64,000 nt of DNA from NCBI GenBank assembly GCA_964057225.1, contig CAXKVF010000078.1, forward strand, positions 310,001-374,000, read 5' to 3'. The notes under the pieces are model-generated. The model was not told where the DNA came from, made no database searches, and saw only the letters and a program-made list of their open reading frames with translations. The DNA is from Auanema rhodensis (Eukaryota > Animalia > Nematoda). The translations under genes were made by a program, and so were the position numbers. This document shows, in pieces, positions 44,001 through 57,300 of this stretch (position 1 is its first letter; each line of letters opens with the position of its first letter).

Positions 44001-47000
44001 GTGGTTACCATGCACCAATATCAATAAAAATTCGGTTTTAGACTAATATGGACATGGGGAATCTAATTTTGAAAACCGCATCTCTTTATCTTTCACGTGA
44101 AGCGAGTTACATACCAAGTGCACATCACGTGTACATTTAATTAGCATAAATTAAAGTTCACGTAAATTTCAAAGTCATGGTTACCATGCACCAATATCAA
44201 TAAAAATTTGTTTTTAGACTAATATGGACATGGGGAATCTAATTTTGAAAACCGCATCTCTTTATCTTCCACGTGAAGCGAGTTACATACCAAGTGCACA
44301 TCACGTGTACATTTAATTAACATAAATTAAAGTTCACGTAAATTTCAAAGTCGTGGTTACCATGCACCAATATCAATAAAAATTCGTTTTTAGACTAATA
44401 TGGACATGGGGAATCTAACTTTGAAAACCGCATCTCTTTATCTTTCACGTGAAGCGAGTTACATACCAAGTGCACATCACGTGTACATTTAATTAGCATA
44501 AATTAAAGTTCACGTAAATTTCAAAGTCATGGTTACCATGCACCAATATCAATAAAAATTTGTTTTTAGACTAATATGGACATGGGGAATCTAATTTTGA
44601 AAACCGCATCTCTTTATCTTTCACGTGAATCGAGTTACATACCAAGTGCACATCACGTGTACATTTAATTAGCATAAATTAAAGTTCACGTAAATTTCAA
44701 AGTCATGGTTACCATGAACCAATATCAATAAAAATTTGTTTTTAGACTAATATGGACATGGGGAATCTAATTTTGAAAACCGCATCTCTTTATCTTTCAC
44801 GTGAAGCGAGTTACATACCAAGTGCACATCAAGTGTACATTTAATTAGCATAAATTAAAGTTCACGTAAATTTCAAAGTCATGGTTACCATGAACCAATA
44901 TCAATAAAAATTTGTTTTTAGACTAATATGGACATGGGGAATCTAATTTTGAAAACCGCATCTCTTTATCTTTCACGTGAAGCGAGTTACATACCAAGTG
45001 CACATCACGTGTACATTTAATTAGCATAAATTAAAGTTCACGTAAATTTCAAAGTCATGGTTACCATGCACCAATATCAATAAAAATTTGTTTTTAGACT
45101 AATATGGACATGGGGAATCTAATTTTGAAAACCGCATCTCTTTATCTTTCACGTGAAGCGAGTTACATACCAAGTGCACATCAAGTGTACATTTAATTAG
45201 CATAAATTAAAGTTCACGTAAATTTCAAAGTCATGGTTACCATGCACCAATATCAATAAAAATTTGTTTTTAGACTAATATGGACATGGGGAATCTAATT
45301 TTGAAAACCGCATCTCTTTATCTTTCACGTGAATCGAGTTACATACCAAGTGCACATCACGTGTACATTTAATTAGCATAAATTAAAGTTCACGTAAATT
45401 TCAAAGTCATGGTTACCATGAACCAATATCAATAAAAATTTGTTTTTAGACTAATATGGACATGGGGAATCTAATTTTGAAAACCGCATCTCTTTATCTT
45501 TCACGTGAAGCGAGTTACATACCAAGTGCACATCACGTGTACATTTAATTAGCATAAATTAAAGTTCACGTAAATTTCAAAGTCATGGTTACCATGCACC
45601 AATATCAATAAAAATTTGTTTTTAGACTAATATGGACATGGGGAATCTAATTTTGAAAACCGCATCTCTTTATCTTTCACGTGAAGCGAGTTACATACCA
45701 AGTGCACATCAAGTGTACATTTAATTAGCATAAATTAAAGTTCACGTAAATTTCAAAGTCATGGTTACCATGAACCAATATCAATAAAAATTTGTTTTTA
45801 GACTAATATGGACATGGGGAATCTAATTTTGAAAACCGCATCTCTTTATCTTTCACGTGAACCGAGTTACATACCAAGTGCACATCACGTGTACATTTAA
45901 TTAGCATAAATTAAAGTTCACGTAAATTTCAAAGTCATGGTTACCATGCACCAATATCAATAAAAATTTGTTTTTAGACTAATATGGACATGGGGAATCT
46001 AATTTTGAAAACCGCATCTCTTTATCTTTCACGTGAAGCGAGTTACATACCAAGTGCACATCAAGTGTACATTTAATTAGCATAAATTAAAGTTCACGTA
46101 AATTTCAAAGTCATGGTTACCATGAACCAATATCAATAAAAATTTGTTTTTAGACTAATATGGACATGGGGAATCTAATTTTGAAAACCGCATCTCTTTA
46201 TCTTTCACGTGAATCGAGTTACATACCAAGTGCACATCACGTGTACATTTAATTAGCATAAATTAAAGTTCACGTAAATTTCAAAGTCATGGTTACCATG
46301 AACCAATATCAATAAAAATTTGTTTTTAGACTAATATGGACATGGGGAATCTAATTTTGAAAACCGCATCTCTTTATCTTTCACGTGAAGCGAGTTACAT
46401 ACCAAGTGCACATCAAGTGTACATTTAATTAGCATAAATTAAAGTTCACGTAAATTTCAAAGTCATGGTTACCATGAACCAATATCAATAAAAATTTGTT
46501 TTTAGACTAATATGGACATGGGGAATCTAATTTTGAAAACCGCATCTCTTTATCTTTCACGTGAAGCGAGTTACATACCAAGTGCACATCACGTGTACAT
46601 TTAATTAGCATAAATTAAAGTTCACGTAAATTTCAAAGTCATGGTTACCATGCACCAATATCAATAAAAATTTGTTTTTAGACTAATATGGACATGGGGA
46701 ATCTAATTTTGAAAACCGCATCTCTTTATCTTTCACGTGAAGCGAGTTACATACCAAGTGCACATCAAGTGTACATTTAATTAGCATAAATTAAAGTTCA
46801 CGTAAATTTCAAAGTCATGGTTACCATGCACCAATATCAATAAAAATTTGTTTTTAGACTAATATGGACATGGGGAATCTAATTTTGAAAACCGCATCTC
46901 TTTATCTTTCACGTGAAGCGAGTTACATACCAAGTGCACATCACGTGTACATTTAATTAGCATAAATTAAAGTTCACGTAAATTTCAAAGTCATGGTTAC

Positions 47001-47344
47001 CATGCACCAATATCAATAAAAATTTGTTTTTAGACTAATATGGACATGGGGAATCTAATTTTGAAAACCGCATCTCTTTATCTTTCACGTGAAGCGAGTT
47101 ACATACCAAGTGCACATCACGTGTACATTTAATTAGCATAAATTAAAGTTCACGTAAATTTCAAAGTCATGGTTACCATGAACCAATATCAATAAAAATT
47201 TGTTTTTAGACTAATATGGACATGGGGAATCTAATTTTGAAAACCGCATCTCTTTATCTTTCACGTGAAGCGAGTTACATACCAAGTGCACATCACGTGT
47301 ACATTTAATTAGCATAAATTAAAGTTCACGTAAATTTCAAAGTC

Positions 47345-50300
47345 ATGGTTACCATGCACCAATATCAATAAAAATTTGTTTTTAGACTAATATGGACATG
47401 GGGAATCTAATTTTGAAAACCGCATCTCTTTATCTTTCACGTGAAGCGAGTTACATACCAAGTGCACATCACGTGTACATTTAATTAGCATAAATTAAAG
47501 TTCACGTAAATTTCAAAGTCATGGTTACCATGAACCAATATCAATAAAAATTTGTTTTTAGACTAATATGGACATGGGGAATCTAATTTTGAAAACCGCA
47601 TCTCTTTATCTTTCACGTGAAGCGAGTTACATACCAAGTGCACATCACGTGTACATTTAATTAGCATAAATTAAAGTTCACGTAAATTTCAAAGTCATGG
47701 TTACCATGCACCAATATCAATAAAAATTTGTTTTTAGACTAATATGGACATGAGGAATCTAATTTTGAAAACCGCATCTCTTTATCTTTCACGTGAAGCT
47801 AGTTACATACCAAGTGCACATCACGTGTACATTTAATTAGCATAAATTAAAGTTCACGTAAATTTCAAAGTCATGGTTACCATGCACCAATATCAATAAA
47901 AATTTGTTTTTAGACTAATATGGACATGAGGAATCTAATTTTGAAAACCACATCTCTTTATCTTTCACGTGAAGCGAGTTACATACCAAGTGCACATCAC
48001 GTGTACATTTAATTAGCATAAATTAAAGTTCACGTAAATTTCAAAGTCATGGTTACCATGAACCAATATCAATAAAAATTTGTTTTTAGACTAATATGGA
48101 CATGGGGAATCTAATTTTGAAAACCGCATCTCTTTATCTTTCACGTGAAGCAAGTTACATACCAAGTGCACATCACGTGTACATTTAATTAGCATAAATT
48201 AAAGTTCACGTAAATTTCAAAGTCATGGTTACCATGAACCAATATCAATAAAAATTTGTTTTTAGACTAATATGGACATGGGGAATCTAATTTTGAAAAC
48301 CGCATCTCTTTATCTTTCACGTGAAGCGAGTTACATACCAAGTGCACATCACGTGTACATTTAATTAGCATAAATTAAAGTTCACGTAAATTTCAAAGTC
48401 ATGGTTACCATGCACCAATATCAATAAAAATTTGTTTTTAGACTAATATGGACATGAGGAATCTAATTTTGAAAACCGCATCTCTTTATCTTTCACGTGA
48501 AGCTAGTTACATACCAAGTGCACATCACGTGTACATTTAATTAGCATAAATTAAAGTTCACGTAAATTTCAAAGTCATGGTTACCATGCACCAATATCAA
48601 TAAAAATTTGTTTTTAGACTAATATGGACATGAGGAATCTAATTTTGAAAACCACATCTCTTTATCTTTCACGTGAAGCGAGTTACATACCAAGTGCACA
48701 TCACGTGTACATTTAATTAGCATAAATTAAAGTTCACGTAAATTTCAAAGTCATGGTTACCATGAACCAATATCAATAAAAATTTGTTTTTAGACTAATA
48801 TGGACATGGGGAATCTAATTTTGAAAACCGCATCTCTTTATCTTTCACGTGAAGCAAGTTACATACCAAGTGCACATCACGTGTACATTTAATTAGCATA
48901 AATTAAAGTTCACGTAAATTTCAAAGTCATGGTTACCATGAACCAATATCAATAAAAATTTGTTTTTAGACTAATATGGACATGGGGAATCTAATTTTGA
49001 AAACCGCATCTCTTTATCTTTCACGTGAAGCGAGTTACATACCAAGTGCACATCACGTGTACATTTAATTAGCATAAATTAAAGTTCACGTAAATTTCAA
49101 AGTCATGGTTACCATGCACCAATATCAATAAAAATTTGTTTTTAGACTAATATGGACATGAGGAATCTAATTTTGAAAACCGCATCTCTTTATCTTTCAC
49201 GTGAAGCTAGTTACATACCAAGTGCACATCACGTGTACATTTAATTAGCATAAATTAAAGTTCACGTAAATTTCAAAGTCATGGTTACCATGCACCAATA
49301 TCAATAAAAATTTGTTTTTAGACTAATATGGACATGAGGAATCTAATTTTGAAAACCACATCTCTTTATCTTTCACGTGAAGCGAGTTACATACCAAGTG
49401 CACATCACGTGTACATTTAATTAGCATAAATTAAAGTTCACGTAAATTTCAAAGTCGTGGTTACCATGCACCAATATCAATAAAAATTCGTTTTTAGACT
49501 AATATGGACATGGGGAATCTAATTTTGAAAACCGCATCTCTTTATCTTTCACGTGAAGCGAGTTACATACCAAGTGCACATCACGTGTACATTTAATTAG
49601 CATAAATTAAAGTTCACGTAAATTTCAAAGTCATGGTTACCATGAAGCAATATCAATAAAAATTTGTTTTTAGACTAATATGGACATGGGGAATCTAATT
49701 TTGAAAACCGCATCTCTTTATCTTTCACGTGAAGCGAGTTACATACCAAGTGCACATCACGTGTACATTTAATTAGCATAAATTAAAGTTCACGTAAATT
49801 TCAAAGTCATGGTTACCATGAACCAATATCAATAAAAATTTGTTTTTAGACTAATATGGACATGGGGAATCTAATTTTGAAAACCGCATCTCTTTATCTT
49901 TCACGTGAAGCGAGTTACATACCAAGTGCACATCACGTGTACATTTAATTAGCATAAATTAAAGTTCACGTAAATTTCAAAGTCATGGTTACCATGCACC
50001 AATATCAATAAAAATTTGTTTTTAGACTAATATGGACATGAGGAATCTAATTTTGAAAACCGCATCTCTTTATCTTTCACGTGAAGCTAGTTACATACCA
50101 AGTGCACATCACGTCTACATTTAATTAGCATAAATTAAAGTTCACGTAAATTTCAAAGTCATGGTTACCATGCACCAATATCAATAAAAATTTGTTTTTA
50201 GACTAATATGGACATGAGGAATCTAATTTTGAAAACCACATCTCTTTATCTTTCACGTGAAGCGAGTTACATACCAAGTGCACATCACGTGTACATTTAA

Positions 50301-53300
50301 TTAGCATAAATTAAAGTTCACGTAAATTTCAAAGTCGTGGTTACCATGCACCAATATCAATAAAAATTCGTTTTTAGACTAATATGGACATGGGGAATCT
50401 AATTTTGAAAACCGCATCTCTTTATCTTTCACGTGAAGCGAGTTACATACCAAGTGCACATCACGTGTACATTTAATTAGCATAAATTAAAGTTCACGTA
50501 AATTTCAAAGTCATGGTTACCATGAACCAATATCAATAAAAATTTGTTTTTAGACTAATATGGACATGGGGAATCTAATTTTGAAAACCGCATCTCTTTA
50601 TCTTTCAAGTGAAGCGAGTTACATACCAAGTGCACATCACGTGTACATTTAATTAGCATAAATTAAAGTTCACGTAAATTCCAAAGTCATGGTTACCATG
50701 CACCAATATCAATAAAAATTTGTTTTTAGACTAATATGGACATGGGGAATCTAATTTTGAAAACCGCATCTCTTTATCTTTCACGTGAAGCGAGTTACAT
50801 ACCAAGTGCACATCACGTGTACATTTAATTAGCATAAATTAAAGTTCACGTAAATTTCAAAGTCATGGTTACCATGCACCAATATCAATAAAAATTTGTT
50901 TTTAGACTAATATGGACATGGGGAATCTAATTTTGAAAACCGCATCTCTTTATCTTTCACGTGAAGCGAGTTACATACTAAGTGCACATCACGTGTACAT
51001 TTAATTAGCATAAATTAAAGTTCACGTAAATTTCAAAGTCATGGTTACCATGCACCAATATCAATAAAAATTTGTTTTTAGACTAATATGGACATGGGGA
51101 ATCTAATTTTGAAAACCGCATCTCTTTATCTTTCACGTGAAGCGAGTTACATACCAAGTGCACATCACGTGTACATTTAATTAGCATAAATTAAAGTTCA
51201 CGTAAATTTCAAAGTCATGGTTACCATGAACCAATATCAATAAAAATTTGTTTTTAGACTAATATGGACATGGGGAATCTAATTTTGAAAACCGCATCTC
51301 TTTATCTTTCACGTGAAGCGAGTTACATACCAAGTGCACATCACGTGTACATTTAATTAGCATAAATTAAAGTTCACGTAAATTTCAAAGTCATGGTTAC
51401 CATGCACCAATATCAATAAAAATTTGTTTTTAGACTAATATGGACATGAGGAATCTAATTTTGAAAACCGCATCTCTTTATCTTTCACGTGAAGCTAGTT
51501 ACATACCAAGTGCACATCACGTGTACATTTAATTAGCATAAATTAAAGTTCACGTAAATTTCAAAGTCATGGTTACCATGCACCAATATCAATAAAAATT
51601 TGTTTTTAGACTAATATGGACATGAGGAATCTAATTTTGAAAACCACATCTCTTTATCTTTCACGTGAAGCGAGTTACATACCAAGTGCACATCACGTGT
51701 ACATTTAATTAGCATAAATTAAAGTTCACGTAAATTTCAAAGTCATGGTTACCATGAACCAATATCAATAAAAATTTGTTTTTAGACTAATATGGACATG
51801 GGGAATCTAATTTTGAAAACCGCATCTCTTTATCTTTCACGTGAAGCAAGTTACATACCAAGTGCACATCACGTGTACATTTAATTAGCATAAATTAAAG
51901 TTCACGTAAATTTCAAAGTCATGGTTACCATGAACCAATATCAATAAAAATTTGTTTTTAGACTAATATGGACATGGGGAATCTAATTTTGAAAACCGCA
52001 TCTCTTTATCTTTCACGTGAAGCGAGTTACATACCAAGTGCACATCACGTGTACATTTAATTAGCATAAATTAAAGTTCACGTAAATTTCAAAGTCATGG
52101 TTACCATGCACCAATATCAATAAAAATTTGTTTTTAGACTAATATGGACATGAGGAATCTAATTTTGAAAACCGCATCTCTTTATCTTTCACGTGAAGCT
52201 AGTTACATACCAAGTGCACATCACGTGTACATTTAATTAGCATAAATTAAAGTTCACGTAAATTTCAAAGTCATGGTTACCATGCACCAATATCAATAAA
52301 AATTTGTTTTTAGACTAATATGGACATGGGGAATCTAATTTTGAAAACCGCATCTCTTTATCTTTCACGTGAAGCGAGTTACATACCAAGTGCACATCAC
52401 GTGTACATTTAATTAGCATAAATTAAAGTTCACGTAAATTTCAAAGTCATGGTTACCATGCACCAATATCAATAAAAATTTGTTTTTAGACTAATATGGA
52501 CATGAGGAATCTAATTTTGAAAACCGCATCTCTTTATCTTTCACGTGAAGCTAGTTACATACCAAGTGCACATCACGTGTACATTTAATTAGCATAAATT
52601 AAAGTTCACGTAAATTTCAAAGTCATGGTTACCATGCACCAATATCAATAAAAATTTGTTTTTAGACTAATATGGACATGAGGAATCTAATTTTGAAAAC
52701 CACATCTCTTTATCTTTCACGTGAAGCGAGTTACATACCAAGTGCACATCACGTGTACATTTAATTAGCATAAATTAAAGTTCACGTAAATTTCAAAGTC
52801 GTGGTTACCATGCACCAATATCAATAAAAATTCGTTTTTAGACTAATATGGACATGGGGAATCTAATTTTGAAAACCGCATCTCTTTATCTTTCACGTGA
52901 AGCGAGTTACATACCAAGTGCACATCACGTGTACATTTAATTAGCATAAATTAAAGTTCACGTAAATTTCAAAGTCATGGTTACCATGAAGCAATATCAA
53001 TAAAAATTTGTTTTTAGACTAATATGGACATGGGGAATCTAATTTTGAAAACCGCATCTCTTTATCTTTCACGTGAAGCGAGTTACATACCAAGTGCACA
53101 TCACGTGTACATTTAATTAGCATAAATTAAAGTTCACGTAAATTTCAAAGTCATGGTTACCATGAACCAATATCAATAAAAATTTGTTTTTAGACTAATA
53201 TGGACATGGGGAATCTAATTTTGAAAACCGCATCTCTTTATCTTTCACGTGAAGCGAGTTACATACCAAGTGCACATCACGTGTACATTTAATTAGCATA

Positions 53301-54384
53301 AATTAAAGTTCACGTAAATTTCAAAGTCATGGTTACCATGCACCAATATCAATAAAAATTTGTTTTTAGACTAATATGGACATGAGGAATCTAATTTTGA
53401 AAACCGCATCTCTTTATCTTTCACGTGAAGCTAGTTACATACCAAGTGCACATCACGTCTACATTTAATTAGCATAAATTAAAGTTCACGTAAATTTCAA
53501 AGTCATGGTTACCATGCACCAATATCAATAAAAATTTGTTTTTAGACTAATATGGACATGAGGAATCTAATTTTGAAAACCACATCTCTTTATCTTTCAC
53601 GTGAAGCGAGTTACATACCAAGTGCACATCACGTGTACATTTAATTAGCATAAATTAAAGTTCACGTAAATTTCAAAGTCGTGGTTACCATGCACCAATA
53701 TCAATAAAAATTCGTTTTTAGACTAATATGGACATGGGGAATCTAATTTTGAAAACCGCATCTCTTTATCTTTCACGTGAAGCGAGTTACATACCAAGTG
53801 CACATCACGTGTACATTTAATTAGCATAAATTAAAGTTCACGTAAATTTCAAAGTCATGGTTACCATGAACCAATATCAATAAAAATTTGTTTTTAGACT
53901 AATATGGACATGGGGAATCTAATTTTGAAAACCGCATCTCTTTATCTTTCAAGTGAAGCGAGTTACATACCAAGTGCACATCACGTGTACATTTAATTAG
54001 CATAAATTAAAGTTCACGTAAATTCCAAAGTCATGGTTACCATGCACCAATATCAATAAAAATTTGTTTTTAGACTAATATGGACATGGGGAATCTAATT
54101 TTGAAAACCGCATCTCTTTATCTTTCACGTGAAGCGAGTTACATACCAAGTGCACATCACGTGTACATTTAATTAGCATAAATTAAAGTTCACGTAAATT
54201 TCAAAGTCATGGTTACCATGCACCAATATCAATAAAAATTTGTTTTTAGACTAATATGGACATGGGGAATCTAATTTTGAAAACCGCATCTCTTTATCTT
54301 TCACGTGAAGCGAGTTACATACTAAGTGCACATCACGTGTACATTTAATTAGCATAAATTAAAGTTCACGTAAATTTCAAAGTC
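47345..54384 (+). repeat. Nested higher-order repeat: two copies of a roughly 17-monomer unit containing 4-mer and 5-mer sub-duplications
   Basis: Markers are G57A+G104T, G57A+G78A, G104A, G131C, C96A+T169C and C115T. The block 49105-51040 matches 52449-54384, and a 704-bp 4-mer period runs from 47521 to 49456. Confidence 0.85.
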
Positions 54385-57300
54385 GTGGTTACCATGCACC
54401 AATATCAATAAAAATTCGTTTTTAGACTAATATGGACATGGGGAATCTAACTTTGAAAACCGCATCTCTTTATCTTTCACGTGAAGCGAGTTACATACCA
54501 AGTGCACATCACGTGTACATTTAATTAGCATAAATTAAAGTTCACGTAAATTTCAAAGTCATGGTTACCATGCACCAATATCAATAAAAATTTGTTTTTA
54601 GATTAATATGGACATGGGGAATCTAATTTTGAAAACCGCATCTCTTTATCTTTCACGTGAAGCGAGTTACATACCAAGTGCACATCACGTGTACATTTAA
54701 TTAGCATAAATTAAAGTTCACGTAAATTTCAAAGTCATGGTTACCATGAACCAACATCAATAAAAATTTGTGTTTAGACTAATATGGACATGGGGAATCT
54801 AATTTTGAAAACCGCATCTCTTTATCTTTCACGTGAAGCGAGTTACATACCAAGTGCACATCACGTGTTCATTTAATTAGCATAAATTAAAGTTCACGTA
54901 AATTTCAAAGTCATGGTTACCATGCACCAATATCAATAAAAATTTGTTTTTAGACTAATATAGACATGGGGAATCTAATTTTGAAAACCGCATCTCTTCA
55001 TCTTTCACGTGAAGCGAGTTACATACCAAGTGCACATCACGTGTACATTTAATTAGCATAAATTAAAGTTCACGTAAATTTCAAAGTCATGGTTACCATG
55101 CACCAATATCAATAAAAATTTGTTTTTAGACTAATATGGACATGGGGAATCTAATTTTGAAAACCGCATCTCTTTATCTTTCACGTGAAGCGAGTTACAT
55201 ACCAAGTGCACATCAAGTGTACATTTAATTAGCATAAATTAAAGTTCACGTAAATTTCAAAGTCATGGTTACCATGCACCAATATCAATAAAAATTTGTT
55301 TTTAGACTAATATGGACATGGGGAATCTAATTTTGAAAACCGCATTTCTTTATCTTTCACGTGAAGCGAGTTACATACCAAGTGCACATCACGTGTACAT
55401 TTAATTAGCATAAATTAAAGTTCACGTAAATTTCAAAGTCATGGTTACCATGCACCAATATCAATAAAAATTTGTTTTTAGACTAATATGGACATGGGGA
55501 ATCTAATTTTGAAAACCGCATCTCTTTATCTTTCACGTGAAGCGAGTTACATACCAAGTGCACATCACGTGTACATTTAATTAGCATAAATTAAAGTTCA
55601 CGTAAATTTCAAAGTCATGGTTACCATGAACCAATATCAATAAAAATTTGTTTTTAGACTAATATGGACATGGGGAATCTAATTTTGAAAACCGCATCTC
55701 TTTATCTTTCAAGTGAAGCGAGTTACATACCAAGTGCACATCACGTGTACATTTAATTAGCATAAATTAAAGTTCACGTAAATTCCAAAGTCATGGTTAC
55801 CATGCACCAATATCAATAAAAATTTGTTTTTAGACTAATATGGACATGGGGAATCTAATTTTGAAAACCGCATCTCTTTATCTTTCACGTGAAGCGAGTT
55901 ACATACCAAGTGCACATCACGTGTACATTTAATTAGCATAAATTAAAGTTCACGTAAATTTCAAAGTCATGGTTACCATGCACCAATATCAATAAAAATT
56001 TGTTTTTAGACTAATATGGACATGGGGAATCTAATTTTCAAAACCGCATTTCTTTATCTTTCACGTGAAGCGAGTTACATACCAAGTGCACATCACGTGT
56101 ACATTTAATTAGCATAAATTAAAGTTCACGTAAATTTCAAAGTCATGGTTACCATGCACCAATATCAATAAAAATTTGTTTTTAGACTAATATGGACATG
56201 GGGAATCTAATTTTGAAAACCGCATCTCTTTATCTTTCACGTGAAGCGAGTTACATACCAAGTGCACATCACGTGTACATTTAATTAGCATAAATTAAAG
56301 TTCACGTAAATTTCAAAGTCATGGTTACCATGCACCAATATCAATAAAAATTTGTTTTTAGACTAATATGGACATGGGGAATCTAATTTTGAGAACCGCA
56401 TCTCTTCATCTTTCACGTGAAGCGAGTTACATACCAAGTGCACATCACGTGTACATTTAATTAGCATAAATTAAAGTTCACGTAAATTTCAAAGTCATGG
56501 TTACCATGCACCAATATCAATAAAAATTTGTTTTTAGACTAATATGGACATGGGGAATCTAATTTTGAAAACCGCATCTCTTTATCTTTCACGTGAAGCG
56601 AGTTACATACCAAGTGCACATCACGTGTACATTTAATTAGCATAAATTAAAGTTCACGTAAATTTCAAAGTCATGGTTACCATGAAGCAATATCAATAAA
56701 AATTTGTTTTTAGACTAATATGGACATGGGGAATCTAATTTTGAAAACCGCATCTCTTTATCTTTCACGTGAAGCGAGTTACATACCAAGTGCACATCAC
56801 GTGTACATTTAATTAGCATAAATTAAAGTTCACGTAAATTTCAAAGTCATGGTTACCATGCACCAATATTAATAAAAATTTGTTTTTAGACTAATATGGA
56901 CATGGGGAATCTAATTTTGAAAACCGCATCTCTTCATCTTTCACGTGAAGCGAGTTACATACCAAGTGCACATCAAGTGTACATTTAATTAGCATAAATT
57001 AAAGTTCACGTAAATTTCAAAGTCATGGTTACCATGCACCAATATCAATAAAAATTTGTTTTTAGACTAATATGGACATGGGGAATCTAATTTTGAAAAC
57101 CGCATCTCTTTATCTTTCACGTGAAGCGAGTTACATACCAAGTGCACATCACGTGTACATTTAATTAGCATAAATTAAAGTTCACGTAAATTTCAAAATC
57201 ATGGTTACCATGAACCAATATCAATAAAAATTTGTTTTAGACTAATATGGACATGGGGAATCTAATTTTGAAAACCGCATCTCTTTATCTTTCACGTGAA

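Noticed and set aside
27809-54384. A global 19-monomer periodicity (3344-bp offset seen twice)
   Set aside because: The second case is better explained as a 17-mer plus a later 2-mer insertion, and other offsets vary widely. It is probably coincidence.
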